Assembly: GCA_001724265.1 (NCBI GenBank)
Contig: MEDY01000085.1
Location: 1 to 64,000 of the forward strand
Length of the DNA: 64,000 bases
Direction: 5' to 3'
Source of the DNA: Rhizaria sp. SCN 62-66
Taxonomy: Eukaryota
A program made the position numbers and the translations under genes. Position 1 is the first letter of the stretch. Every line of letters starts with the position of its first letter. Below are positions 34,270-45,380 of the stretch, piece by piece. The notes beneath the pieces were generated by a model. It had not been told where the DNA came from. It did no database searches and saw only the letters and a list, made by a program, of their open reading frames with translations.

Positions 34270-35334
34270 TTACCAAGGGTCGTCGCCGAAAGCGTCGCCG
34301 CCCTGGTCGTCGTCGCCCTCATCGCCCTCGTCGCCCTCACCGGCGCCCGCCAGCCCGACCAGCGCCTGCATGGCGGCCTGGATCTGCTCCGGGGTCAGCT
34401 GCGAGATGTCGTTGACGCCCATGGCCTGCATGAGCTGCTGCGCCGCGGCCGGGTCGTGCGCCAGCATCTGCTGCAGCATCTGGGGCGTCAGCGTGAGCTC
34501 CATGCCGTCGTCGCCGTCGAACATGCCGAGGTCGCCCGCGGAGTTGGCGCGGTTGAGTAGCTCGGCGCGCAGGGCGTCGTCGGTGGTGTCGGCTGGCAGC
34601 CCCAGGTTGGTGATGGCCTGCGCGCGCGCGTCGGGGTTCGACGCCAGCACCGTCATGATGCGCGCCACACGCTCTTCAGACCCGATCTCGTCGCCCTCGT
34701 CGCCGGCCGCGGCGTCCTCGTCGAGCATCGCGCGGATGGCGGCGGCAGACGCGGCGTCCACGTCCTCAAGGTTCGGGCCCGCGCCGGCCGCGGCGTCGCC
34801 GTCGCCCATGGCGGCCGCGCCGCGGCGGCGGACGCTCACGCCGGCGCCGCTTTCAGCAGCCATCGCGGGCAGCGGGCGGCGCGTCCAGTGTGGGTTCGGG
34901 GACTCGCACATCTCGCACACGGAGCGCGCCGCGATGTTGATGTACGTGCACATGGGGCACTCCCAGTCGGACAACACGGGCTTGTCCGCAGCGGCAGCGG
35001 GGGCAGCTGCAGGCGCAGCAGCAGCGGCGGCGGCGGGGGCAGCAGCAGCGGCGGCGGGGGCAGCAGCAGCGGCAGGAGCGGCGGCGGGGGCGGCGGCGGG
35101 CTTCTTCTTAACAACGACGACAACGGTGTCACCATCAGCAATTCCAACCTCTGCAAGCGTGGCGTCGTCGTTCTTGAGTGGAGTGCCCTTGAAGACGGCG
35201 GTGGAGACGACGCCGCCCAGCTCGGTGAGCGTCGAGGAGAGGTGCTCCTTGAAGGCCTTGACTGTGAGCGAGGCGTCGACGGACGCCGGGAACGACTGCT
35301 GACTCAAAGTCTTAATCGTCAGGTTCAGCGACAT
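34270..35334 (-). CDS. Ubiquitin-like domain + RanBP2/NZF zinc finger protein, 354 aa
   Basis: N-terminal UBL (MSLNLTIKTLSQQSF...FKGTPLKND.TL...GI.DGD.V), an Ala/Pro linker, W-x-C-x2-C-T-Y-x-N-x6-C-E-M-C, and a Gln/Met-rich helical C-terminus. Ends in TAA. Confidence 0.8.
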   Translation of the reverse strand: MSLNLTIKTLSQQSFPASVDASLTVKAFKEHLSSTLTELGGVVSTAVFKGTPLKNDDATLAEVGIADGDTVVVVVKKKPAAAPAAAPAAAAAPAAAAAAPAAAAAAAPAAAPAAAADKPVLSDWECPMCTYINIAARSVCEMCESPNPHWTRRPLPAMAAESGAGVSVRRRGAAAMGDGDAAAGAGPNLEDVDAASAAAIRAMLDEDAAAGDEGDEIGSEERVARIMTVLASNPDARAQAITNLGLPADTTDDALRAELLNRANSAGDLGMFDGDDGMELTLTPQMLQQMLAHDPAAAQQLMQAMGVNDISQLTPEQIQAAMQALVGLAGAGEGDEGDEGDDDQGGDAFGDDPW

Positions 35335-36335
35335 ATCCTAGGGTGCAGGGGCAAAGGCGAATCACAGCCGAAGGCGACGACAACAGGAGGGTGGGGCGGG
35401 AGGATGAGCCAAACGGTTGAGGTGAGTCTCCAAGTGAAAGATGCACACAGGGCCTGTTTGAGCATCATCAGTAAGATCCAATGAAGAGAACAAAAAAGCA
35501 AGTGGAAGACGGCTATTCAAAAGCTCACAAATCGTTTCTGTCACAAGCACAGCTGCCGGGGTTCATCCATGAAACCCGCTTGTTGCCGCCGCACTGAGCC
35601 TCCGTTCGGTCGAGCGGGTCGGCTGCAGAAAATCATCGATATCAGAGCAGTGCTACGCTCCATAAGAGTCGAAAGAGTCCGCGAGATTGGCGCACAATAG
35701 TCAATCTGGCTTGGCAAACTACATTGAAAGCAGAACAGGAAGTATGAAGTGATTGTTGAATTGAGGGCGGTGGATGGAGAGGCAAAAATCAGTTTGTGGT
35801 TGTACGCCGACTGTGGGTGAGCACTTTTTGGCCAGCACCGAGCACTCGAACAAACCGACGGGCGCCACGCTAGCGCAGCGAACGAGGTTGTAACGGCAAG
35901 GATATCTCTGCGAAGGATCGTTAGATCAACAAATTTTGTGTGCCTTGATTTGAAAACGTGTCTTTTGTATTTGTCATTTAATCATTGCGCTGCGCGGCCT
36001 TCGTTGAGGCCTCCAAGCACACTTTGAAAGACGCATTGATATTCGTGCTGTCAATGAAAAGCACGTGAGGGCAATTGATAACACGGACTCGTTTTCTGCG
36101 ATATAACAAAGATGATACACCATATACTGCACGTTTTACGATGATTCTCTTACGCTTCTTCTGGGTTTCCTTGTTTCTATCTCTTCCTACTTCTGTTTCC
36201 CCCGCCTCCCAGTCCCTTAAGCCCTCCAGCAGCTCCTCGCTGTTTCTCTCAATCACCCTAGCACCGCACTTCCCACCCCTTTTTCGACCTGCGCCTCGCC
36301 CCTGCGAGCTTTCACCTCCTTCTTTCTCTGTAGCC

Positions 36336-38420
36336 ATGCTCTCGACGCTGCTGATCGCGGCCACCGGCGCGCTCGCCGTGCTCTGCGCGGCCTGCCTGGT
36401 CGCGGCCGAGTACCTGGGCCGCAAGTACACAGTCGTCTACGACGTTCCCGCGCTCGCCCACCCGCGCCCTGCGCCGGCGCGCGGCAAGCACGCCGTGGTG
36501 CTGGGTGGCGGCCTGGCCGGCATCATGGCCGCACGCGTGCTGCTGGATCACTACGACCACGTCACCATCGTCGAAAAGGACTTTTACGACTGGGACTCTA
36601 AGCGCGTCCGCGGCGCCGTCCCCCAAGGCGCGCACGCGCACCTGCTGCTTGCCATCGGCAACGCCACGCTGCAGCAGCTCTTCCCGGGCATCGAGAACGA
36701 GTTTCAGCGCCGCGGCGGCCTTGTTTCGGACCTCGGTAAGGCGATGCGGTGGTTCTATTGGGGCTCGCTGCGCGTGCGGTGCGAGATGAACTACCCGTTC
36801 TGGTGCGCGTCGCGTCCGTTCGTGGACCGCGTGGTGCGCGACCTCTTTTTCCAGCAGTTTGGCGACCGCGTGACGCTGAAGCAGGGCCGCACGATCGAGG
36901 CCCCCGTGCTCTCGACGGACCTGCCCGCGCTCTACGCCGATAAGACAAGCCGCGTGCCAATCACGGGCCAGTACGCAAACTCGGACAAGATCGACGGGGA
37001 CGAGTTCCGCGTCGTCGGCGTCCGTATCAAGCGCCGCGCGGAGAAGACCGGCAACAGCGTCAGCAACGTCAGCAGCGTGAGTCCGAACGGCAACAACAAC
37101 TGCTCGCTGGACTCGGCTCTGGACGCCGAAAACACCACGATCGCCAAGACCAAGACTGACGCCAAGCCTGAGAGCGTGGCGAACGAGCACGGCTACGACG
37201 GCGTGGTCAACGATGTGGACGCGGCAACGGTGACGACGGCGCTCGACGCCAGGACGGCTGCCGCCGAGGCCGCTGAGATCGCCCACTCCAACGCCATCAT
37301 CGCGCCGCTGCTGGCCAAGGACGCCGACGCGGCGCCGGAGGAGTTCGTCCTGGGTGACCTCGTCGTCGACTGCTCCGGCACGAACCCCGTCTCGGAGACG
37401 TGGGCCAACCGCCGCTGGGGCCTCGAGATCCCCTCGACGGTGCTCAAGGCCAACGCCATGTATGTGTCGCACCTGTTCGAGGAGCCCGCCGACGTGAACC
37501 CCGAGTGGATCTGCGCTCCTGTGTACCCCGTGCCCGGCTCGTCCTCGCGGTTCGGCTACCTCATGCGCATCGAGCACAAGCGATGGCAGGTGACCGGCAT
37601 GGCCACTGCGGGCACGCGCGTGCTTGCCGCCGAGGACGAGGACTCGCTCCCCGCGTTCATCGAGCACTTCAACAAGCTCGACGACGACTTTATCTACAAG
37701 ATGCTCACCACGCCCTCCGCCGTCACGGGTGCGCCGCCGCGTGCTGTGCCTGGTGAGCGCCTCCACATCTACAAGCCGCCGCGGTATGTGCGCCGCCACG
37801 TCGAGCGCGTCGCGCAGTGGCCGGAAGGATTACTCGTGCTCGGCAACGCCGCCTGCGTGTTCGACCCCGTGTACGGCCAAGGCATGTCCGGCGCGGCCAT
37901 CGGCGCGCTGTCATTGAACAAGGTGCTGCAGCAGTCGCGCTTCGCGTCTAAGGCCGCGCTCACGGGCAATGGCTTCGCTGCGGCGTACCACGCGCTGCTC
38001 GCGGACCGGCTCGCGTTCCCGTGGATGCTGTGTGTGGGCGAGGACCGCCGGTGGACGGGCATCGAGGCCTCGGGCCCCGCGGCCGGCCCGCACTTCCTGA
38101 TGCGCTCGCTGCAGTTCTGGATCCGGCAGGGCATGGTGCTGGCCGAGCTCCACCCGCTGGCGCAGCGCACGGCGATGGGCATCATGAACATGACCGTGAG
38201 CTTCACCTCGCTGCTCAACCCGGCGCTCGTGTATCTCGTGTTCAAGAACGTCGCCAGCGAGCTGCTCGGCCTGAGCCCGGAAACGACGCCGGAGGCGCGG
38301 TTCCCAGAGATTGAGCACCGCCGCCAGGAACGCATCGCGGAGATGCAGCGCAAGCGCGAGGAGGCCGTCGCCAACGAGTGCAAGCTCGACGCGCTGGCCG
38401 CTGCTGCTGCCAAGCAGTGA
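36336..38420 (+). CDS. FAD-dependent oxidoreductase/monooxygenase with N-terminal membrane anchor (~694 aa)
   Basis: Rossmann motif AVVLGGGLAG...VTIVEKD, RGAVPQGAHAHLLL, DLVVDCSG and LLVLGNAACVFDPVYGQGMS. Ends in TGA. Confidence 0.85.
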   Translation: MLSTLLIAATGALAVLCAACLVAAEYLGRKYTVVYDVPALAHPRPAPARGKHAVVLGGGLAGIMAARVLLDHYDHVTIVEKDFYDWDSKRVRGAVPQGAHAHLLLAIGNATLQQLFPGIENEFQRRGGLVSDLGKAMRWFYWGSLRVRCEMNYPFWCASRPFVDRVVRDLFFQQFGDRVTLKQGRTIEAPVLSTDLPALYADKTSRVPITGQYANSDKIDGDEFRVVGVRIKRRAEKTGNSVSNVSSVSPNGNNNCSLDSALDAENTTIAKTKTDAKPESVANEHGYDGVVNDVDAATVTTALDARTAAAEAAEIAHSNAIIAPLLAKDADAAPEEFVLGDLVVDCSGTNPVSETWANRRWGLEIPSTVLKANAMYVSHLFEEPADVNPEWICAPVYPVPGSSSRFGYLMRIEHKRWQVTGMATAGTRVLAAEDEDSLPAFIEHFNKLDDDFIYKMLTTPSAVTGAPPRAVPGERLHIYKPPRYVRRHVERVAQWPEGLLVLGNAACVFDPVYGQGMSGAAIGALSLNKVLQQSRFASKAALTGNGFAAAYHALLADRLAFPWMLCVGEDRRWTGIEASGPAAGPHFLMRSLQFWIRQGMVLAELHPLAQRTAMGIMNMTVSFTSLLNPALVYLVFKNVASELLGLSPETTPEARFPEIEHRRQERIAEMQRKREEAVANECKLDALAAAAAKQ

Positions 38421-39343
38421 GCAGTGAGTGCGTCCTCTGTTGTGTTCTGCTCCGCAGTGGTGTGACGCATGCACCACACACTTGAGCTCGCGTCATTGTG
38501 TGATGTTTGCTGTTGTGGCGCTGCCACCCGCGTTGAAAGGTAAATTAAATGTATATATCTCAATCTGTGTATAGTCGAGTTAGAGTCATGCCAGTGATTA
38601 GGCTGTGTTCTGTTATTAGCTGAGTTACGAAGAGTTGGACCGACCCTCCTTGTTTATGTTTGACTGGGTTGAATAGTGGTTCGGTGTACAAGGTCTGTAA
38701 CAATAAATTATGTTTTAATCTGTTCCGGCAATACCTTTTTATAATTTTGGCGATTTTTAATAACTATTATCCTGGTTAAAACTGAACTTTAGTACTCTGC
38801 ACGGCGACTTTTTTCGGTCCAGCAGCGCCTGCCTGGTTGCGCCCACGGTCAGAGAGCGAGTTCGAACGAACGGCGCAGTGTTTGAAGTCGAGCTGACATC
38901 TTGAGAAGCGTTTGTCTGTCGCGATAATCCGCTACGTAACTTATCAGTATGGATCAAGCTAAGGCTCGGTACGTTCTTCCTTATATTTTATGCTTAAGTC
39001 AAACAGACATCGCTACCCTTGTCGGCGACGGCACGCGTTATCTTTTCTTGCAATCCACAGCAACGGCCAGTATCCTCTCTTTCCCCGCTCAACACACCCT
39101 CCATCATCGTAGTATAGCGAACTGAGTGTTTCTAAATGAGGCACCGATATGTGTTATTCATGTACTTTGACTTTAATTCCCTTGCATCGCCTGTCTCTCA
39201 CTCCTACCGGCTCTTTTCACTCTTCATGCCGTTTTCATTATACCGGCTCGCCCAACTTCGCTCTTCCCCGTGTCCTGTTCATCTAAACGGCGCCATATAC
39301 GTTCCTTACACTACGCTATGCACCCACTTACAGCCAACTCTCC

Positions 39344-39730
39344 ATGGAGTTCCAAACAACGATGGCCGCCATGAAGGAATCCCAGGAGAAGATCGCTGAG
39401 CTGCGTGAGCCGACGACGCGCCTCATGGGTCAGGTCAACGAGAACGAGATGGTCAAGAAGGAGCTCGAGCTCATGGAGGACGACGCCGCCGTGTTCAAGC
39501 TCCAGGGCCCCGTGCTGGTGAAGCAGGACCTTGCCGAGGCGCGCCAGAACGTGGCGAACCGTCTCAAGTACCTCCACGGTGAGCTTGCGCGCATCGAGAA
39601 TGAGATCAAGGAGAAGCAGGACCAGCAGGACGGCTACCAGCAGAAGCTGCAGCAGCTCTCCGAGGTCTTTAAGGCTATCCAGCAGCAGGCCGTCGACGCC
39701 GCCACCAAGAAGGCCGCCCCCGCCAAGTAA
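39344..39730 (+). CDS. PFDN6: Prefoldin subunit 6, 128 aa
   Basis: Q..ENEMVKKEL..., VFKLQGPVLVKQDLAEARQNV..RL.Y is the PFDN6/Yke2 signature. Ends in TAA. Confidence 0.9.
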   Translation: MEFQTTMAAMKESQEKIAELREPTTRLMGQVNENEMVKKELELMEDDAAVFKLQGPVLVKQDLAEARQNVANRLKYLHGELARIENEIKEKQDQQDGYQQKLQQLSEVFKAIQQQAVDAATKKAAPAK

Positions 39731-41068
39731 ATTAGTCAGAAAGAAACCAGATCCAAGCAGGGCAAATCAAGGAGGCAGTTGATGAGTTGAGTACCAGTCA
39801 GTTTCGATGCGTGCACAAGTGTGTCTCTCTCGATACACGTGTCGTTTATGTAGGTGTGCATATGACTGTGCTAAAACGTGTTTTTGCGCGTTTACGCCGT
39901 CGTATGTGCGCTCTCTCCGGCTGGTGCTAAGCAGTGGTGCTGCTTTGTGTATGCTATGTGTGTCGAGTGTAGAAGCGTCCACGTGTAAAAAGTCGCCTTT
40001 CCAGCGCTGTGATGTAAGATAGTGTAATTCTATCTCACTCCTGTCGAATGCGGTGTGCGCTATAATCGTAATGTGTGCTTGTCGCTGCTTGTTCCTTCTT
40101 ATTTCGGGATATCAGTGAAAAATATTGAAAAAGCAAAGAAACCATTCGTGTAGGCGTGATTGTTTGTGCTCCTTGTATGAGCCATCGTGCGTTTTATTGT
40201 TATAAAGTTCATAATTCCTATTGTACCTTATCTTCCAACTGCCTGCTATTCTCTGAACTTTTGTTTAGTTTGCTTAGTTGTACAAGATTTGTTCACTTCA
40301 ACGTACGTATAAATGTGATGTTGTACAGTTTAATTGGGGTAAAATATGTGCATTAATGTTTGCTGTCATCAGAATTGTCCAAATTCATTCTTGATTTCAT
40401 GTTTTTGACGCTTCGCATGCCTGCGAGTATTAGCCACTGTTCAGTCGAGGCTCTGGTTCTGGAAAAAGACTTGGACGAACAAGGCAATCGAAGAGATGAA
40501 ACGATTGTTGAGTGTGCACTGTGGTGAATGTCAGTGTGGATATTATAGGTTTCAATTGAAACTAGTGCTCGATTTTACTCTCCTGCTCAAATTGTAGAAC
40601 TTGTCAGGATGATATTTATCGTCTCTAGCCGCTCTTTGTAAAGTGACACAGTTCTCCTTTGCTCTTGTCGTATCGTTCCCCGCTATCGCTCCTCCCGACG
40701 CTCACAATTGCCTAAAATCATTCTCTGTATCTATGTATAGACTGTAAACCTTCTTTTCTTTTCCAGGTCGCCTTCTTCTTTCTCGAAGGAAACCAGGCGC
40801 CTCTCCCACAGCAGTAGCTTCACAGGCGCGCTCCTCGAACAGGTAGCAACGGAGTAAGCTCTCTACGCCTGCGCCTCGACTTGCGCAGTCAAGACTCGCT
40901 TTGCAAGCATCTTGCCGACCTGCTGTTTAAACAAGGCCGCAGTAGCAGCCCTTGTATTCCGAGTCCAGACCAGCTGCCTCCCCGCAGACTGCGCCGCCTC
41001 GCACACAGTCATCTCCGACGCTCGCCGCCCTCCGCGACTGAGCACACCCGTCCGCCCCGCGCTTCACG

Positions 41069-44000
41069 ATGGAGGTCCGCGACGAAGTGGTGTGCGTGTC
41101 CGCGCACCCGACGCTGCCGGTGATTGCGTACGGCTGCATGACGCGCACCCGCCATCCAGAAGTCGATGAGTCCGTCGTGCGCGGCGTCGTCAAGATCTGG
41201 AACTACGAAAAGCGCGTGTTCGAGTACGTCATCAGCGAGTCCGGATCCGTCACCGCGGTCAAGTTCTCCCCCGATGGCGGAATTCTGGCCGTGGCGCGCT
41301 CCGGCGACCCGCGGTTTACGCCGGCGACGGACGAATCGCTGTTCCGCGTTGCGCTGTACAACTCCGAGGACCACTACCGCCTGCTCAAGACCGACACGGA
41401 CTCGATCGAGGAGCTGCTGATGCTACACTACGCGCCCATCACGGCGCTCGCCTTCTGTCACGTCGACCTGGGCGCGGGCGACAAGACGAGCTGGGGCAAG
41501 ACCTCCGTGGACATGGACGCCGCCGCGGCCGCCGCCGCCAAGGCCGTGCAGAGGCCCTGGATGAAGCGCATCGCGCGCAAGCCTCCGCCGACGGTCAAGT
41601 ACCTCACACTCCTCGCATCGGGCTGCCACGACGGCAGCATCCGCCTCTGGGACTACGTGGGCAACGCGGCGACCGTGGTGCCGTGCCCCGACACGATCGG
41701 CGCGCCGTCGGTCCGTGAGTTGAGTTTCACCACCGACGGACGCGTGCTCGCCGCGCTCTTCTCCAATAACACACTCGCGATGTGGTCCTTCTCCGCCGCG
41801 CGGCCGCGCCAGGCCAAGATCAATCGCGAGGCGCTCGCGGCGCGGCTGCGCGCCGAGTACGAGCAGAAGGTCAGCGCGCTCGCGATGGAGGAGAAGCTCC
41901 GTGGGCTCCGCAAGAAGAGCAAGAAGAAGCTCGACGCCGAGCGCGCACTCGAGCACGAGAAGATCCAGGAGTACGTCGACACCATGACGGACCTGCTGCC
42001 ACCGCCCGCGGTGCCGCTCGTGGGTCATCCGAACCTGTTCCTGCGCTGCGTGGTGCCCAAGGACAAGCGCGATCGGCGCGTGCTGCGCTCGATGTGCATG
42101 GTTCCCGGCTTCCGCAACCCGTCGGGATACCTTATGACGAGCTCAGACCCGCTGGCGGCGATGAGTATGGACGACACGCTGCCGCCGCCGTACCCCGAGG
42201 CGGACATCGACACAAAGCTCGTGCTCAAGATGCTCAACCGGATGCGGCTGGGCGAGAACTTCCTCTCGCTCTTCCTCGTCCGCGGCCAGGACCTGATGTA
42301 CAACGGCGCCGACGTGCACATGTTCGACACGCACCTCAAGGAAGAGCTGCGGCGCGCGCTCGAGGAGCGGCTCCGCGAGAAGCTCGCGCAGACCGACGCG
42401 CGCCTTGCCGAACAGGAGGCCGCGCTGATCCAGGACGAAGAGATGGACATCCAGGAGGAAGTCTTTTACGACGACGAGACGGGCGCCGAGACTCATCGGC
42501 GCGCGCGCACGGACGAAGAGAAAGACGCGATCCGCGAAGACTTGGTCAAGCGGCGCGCCGAGCTGGAGCTGGCGAAGCGCATCAAGAAGGAGGAGGACGA
42601 CCAGCGTATCCGCGCTAAGCTCCGCAAGACGGCCTCGGGTGGCGGCGCTGGCGCGGCGGGGCTTGATAAGGGCGGCGACGAAGCGCCCGGCGACGACCTG
42701 GACATGAAGGCGCTGGCCGAGCTCGAGGAGGAGGAGAAGGAACGCCTGATGGGCACCGCGATGGAGGAGGGCTCGGACCTGCGCATTCTGACCGTGGGCG
42801 TGCACATGGAGTACATCGACCCGCTGCCGTACCCGCCCGAGGCGCTCAAGGCTGTGCAGCAGTACAACCTCGACCGCTACCGCGCCATGATCGCCGCGGG
42901 CGTCGCCACGGGTGATGAGCTGCCAGAAGCGCTGGCGCTGCCCAAATCGTCCGCGACTCTGCCGCCGGTGCGGCACGTGCTGGATCCGAACCCCGAGTGG
43001 CGCGCCAAACAGGAGGCCGCAGAGAAGAACCGCATCGCGCCCGGTGATCGCGAGTTCGACGTCGTGGGCGAACTGCTCGTGCGCGACCTGCACCGTGAGT
43101 ACCTGTTCCCGTTAGCGGACTTGCAGCAGATCCAGATCGGCAAGTTCTCTGTCGAGCACCTCTCGGACGAGGGCGCCAACAACGACCCGCTGCGGTGCTT
43201 TTCGCTGATTGGCGAGCACGACCAGCTGCACTTGGTGGCGCCCACGCGCCAGGTGATGAACGAGTGGATCTGTTCGATCCGCCACATCCTCTGGCGCGCG
43301 GGCCGCAACCTCGCCCCCACGGCCGTGTCTGAGCAGTACCTGGTCGACGCGCCGCCGCCGATTGAGTTCCTCGACATGGAGCTCGTGCAGGCGCTGGCGC
43401 AAAACATGTCGCTGGGCATGATCGAGCTCGTCGCCAACGCCAAGCGCCGCACGGGCGCCTCGCGCGGCGGCTCTGTCGGCTCCACGGGCGGCGTCACGGG
43501 TTCCGCCGCGATCGAGGATGTGGAGGCGCCGGACGTGGACGACCCGGGGCAGGACAACCTGGACAAGATCTTCAGCACGATGTGCCACTCGTACCGTTGC
43601 TTCGCGGGCGGTGACGCCTTCGCGGGCGTGTTGCACGTGCGCGTGAACCACGAAGCCGTGTACGAGCATTATTGCCTCGACAACATCGCCGTCGCACCCG
43701 GCGCCGAGACTGGCGGCGCGACCAACACGGTGGGTGGCGCGACGACCATCGTCGGCGGCACCGTAGTGGCGACGGCGCTGGAAGTCAAGCCGCGCGAGGC
43801 GCTGGGCCCGCGGCTGGGCGAAGTGGACATCATTCGTCTCCTCGCGGTGGCGACGGGCCAGCACAAGGACGCCGAGACGGGAGACTGGATGTGGACGCAG
43901 GTGTCGAGCCGTGCACGCACGCCCAACATCCGCTCGTCGGACGCGTGCATCGACGGCCGCTTCGTGGTGACCGCCGAGGCCGTGCTGCCCCCGGGGCTGC

Positions 44001-45052
44001 TGACAGACGACCTCGAGGACGTCACGGAGGAGGACGAGCTGGCTGAGGTGAACATGGACGTCAACGCCATATCCTTCGAGACCGGCACCACCACGAACGC
44101 GGGCGACGCCGGTGACAAGCAGGGCGGCTCTGGCGACGGCGGCGACGGCCAGGGCTCCGGCTCCGGCGGCGGCGGCGGCGACGGCGACTCTGGCGCTGGC
44201 GCGGGCGGCGGCGGCGACGGCGCTGACGCCGGCGCGGGCGGCTCCGGCGGCAGCGGCGACAAGGCCGGCGACGGCAGCGACAAGCAGGGCGGCGGCGGCG
44301 GTGACAGCGACCTCGCGGGCAACTTCGCCGATCTCATGAACGTCAACGGCGCGACGCTGAGTAGCGCGACGATCGCGCAGATCCGCGCGCGTGCGCAGGC
44401 CATGGCGACGCACACCGTTTCGGTCTGGCGCATCGTGGACAACAACCTCGTGCGCTTCCCCATTGGGTTGCACGACGGGCCCGTGCGCCACGTGACGTTT
44501 CTGCCGCAGAAGCTGCTGCGCCGCGCGGGCTCCAAGTACAAGCCGGGCGCGGGCGCGTACAACGTCGTGTCGGGCAGCGAGGACGAGACTGCGCGGCTGT
44601 GGACCTTCGGGCCTAGCGACCTGGACGTCACGCGGTCCGAGAAGACGCCACTGCAGCCGCTGCAGATTGTGGAGCGGCCGTACTTCCTGCGCGCGATGCT
44701 GGACGAGCCGTCGCTGGCGCAGCAGGGCGGCGGAGGCCAGCACGTTGCCGACACGGGCGCGATCGCCGATGCCAGCCACGACGACGAGTCGATGCTGGGG
44801 ACGAGCACGGTGCCCAAGCCCGAGCGCAAGCTCACGCCCGCGCAGCAGGCCGCGCTCGACGCCGAGGCGCAGCGGCTCAAGGCGCGCAAGCAGCTGGCCG
44901 CCGAGATCACGATTCACCGCCAGTCGAGCATCGCGTTCGGCGAGGACTTCAAGGGGCAGAAGCCGGGCACCAAGATGAAGCAGCTCAACCGCTTCCTCGC
45001 CGTGCGGTCTGCAGAGCCTGTCGACGGCGACGAGGATCCCATCATGAAGTAA
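41069..45052 (+). CDS. WD40-repeat protein with coiled coils and a PH-like segment, 1327 aa
   Basis: WD-type motifs VKIWN, VTAVKFSPDG, LASGCHDGSIRLWD and VVSGSEDETARLW, Glu/Lys-rich coiled coils, and a PH C-terminal-like CFSLI....LHLVAPT....EWI.SI. Ends in TAA. Confidence 0.75.
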   Translation: MEVRDEVVCVSAHPTLPVIAYGCMTRTRHPEVDESVVRGVVKIWNYEKRVFEYVISESGSVTAVKFSPDGGILAVARSGDPRFTPATDESLFRVALYNSEDHYRLLKTDTDSIEELLMLHYAPITALAFCHVDLGAGDKTSWGKTSVDMDAAAAAAAKAVQRPWMKRIARKPPPTVKYLTLLASGCHDGSIRLWDYVGNAATVVPCPDTIGAPSVRELSFTTDGRVLAALFSNNTLAMWSFSAARPRQAKINREALAARLRAEYEQKVSALAMEEKLRGLRKKSKKKLDAERALEHEKIQEYVDTMTDLLPPPAVPLVGHPNLFLRCVVPKDKRDRRVLRSMCMVPGFRNPSGYLMTSSDPLAAMSMDDTLPPPYPEADIDTKLVLKMLNRMRLGENFLSLFLVRGQDLMYNGADVHMFDTHLKEELRRALEERLREKLAQTDARLAEQEAALIQDEEMDIQEEVFYDDETGAETHRRARTDEEKDAIREDLVKRRAELELAKRIKKEEDDQRIRAKLRKTASGGGAGAAGLDKGGDEAPGDDLDMKALAELEEEEKERLMGTAMEEGSDLRILTVGVHMEYIDPLPYPPEALKAVQQYNLDRYRAMIAAGVATGDELPEALALPKSSATLPPVRHVLDPNPEWRAKQEAAEKNRIAPGDREFDVVGELLVRDLHREYLFPLADLQQIQIGKFSVEHLSDEGANNDPLRCFSLIGEHDQLHLVAPTRQVMNEWICSIRHILWRAGRNLAPTAVSEQYLVDAPPPIEFLDMELVQALAQNMSLGMIELVANAKRRTGASRGGSVGSTGGVTGSAAIEDVEAPDVDDPGQDNLDKIFSTMCHSYRCFAGGDAFAGVLHVRVNHEAVYEHYCLDNIAVAPGAETGGATNTVGGATTIVGGTVVATALEVKPREALGPRLGEVDIIRLLAVATGQHKDAETGDWMWTQVSSRARTPNIRSSDACIDGRFVVTAEAVLPPGLLTDDLEDVTEEDELAEVNMDVNAISFETGTTTNAGDAGDKQGGSGDGGDGQGSGSGGGGGDGDSGAGAGGGGDGADAGAGGSGGSGDKAGDGSDKQGGGGGDSDLAGNFADLMNVNGATLSSATIAQIRARAQAMATHTVSVWRIVDNNLVRFPIGLHDGPVRHVTFLPQKLLRRAGSKYKPGAGAYNVVSGSEDETARLWTFGPSDLDVTRSEKTPLQPLQIVERPYFLRAMLDEPSLAQQGGGGQHVADTGAIADASHDDESMLGTSTVPKPERKLTPAQQAALDAEAQRLKARKQLAAEITIHRQSSIAFGEDFKGQKPGTKMKQLNRFLAVRSAEPVDGDEDPIMK

Positions 45053-45380
45053 GCGCACGGCGCGACGCGGCGGGGGTGAACTGTACATGTAGTACGCGTG
45101 CGAGTGTGAATGTGAATGCTGGTGCTAGCACGCATAGGATAGCTAATTAAGGAATATCGAGTGTACATGTGTGATATATATGTTTGCTTTTCATGGATGT
45201 AATTCTTTTGTAACCGGGAACAAGATGAAGACAAATAAATGTGTATTGATTCAGAAACTTTTACTTGTGTGTACGAACTTGACACTTTAATGATAAAACA
45301 ACTTTTTGAATGACTGGAAACGAACGAAACAAAACAAAAATAAACCTCACACACGCGCTTTTATACACGCGTTACTTTCT

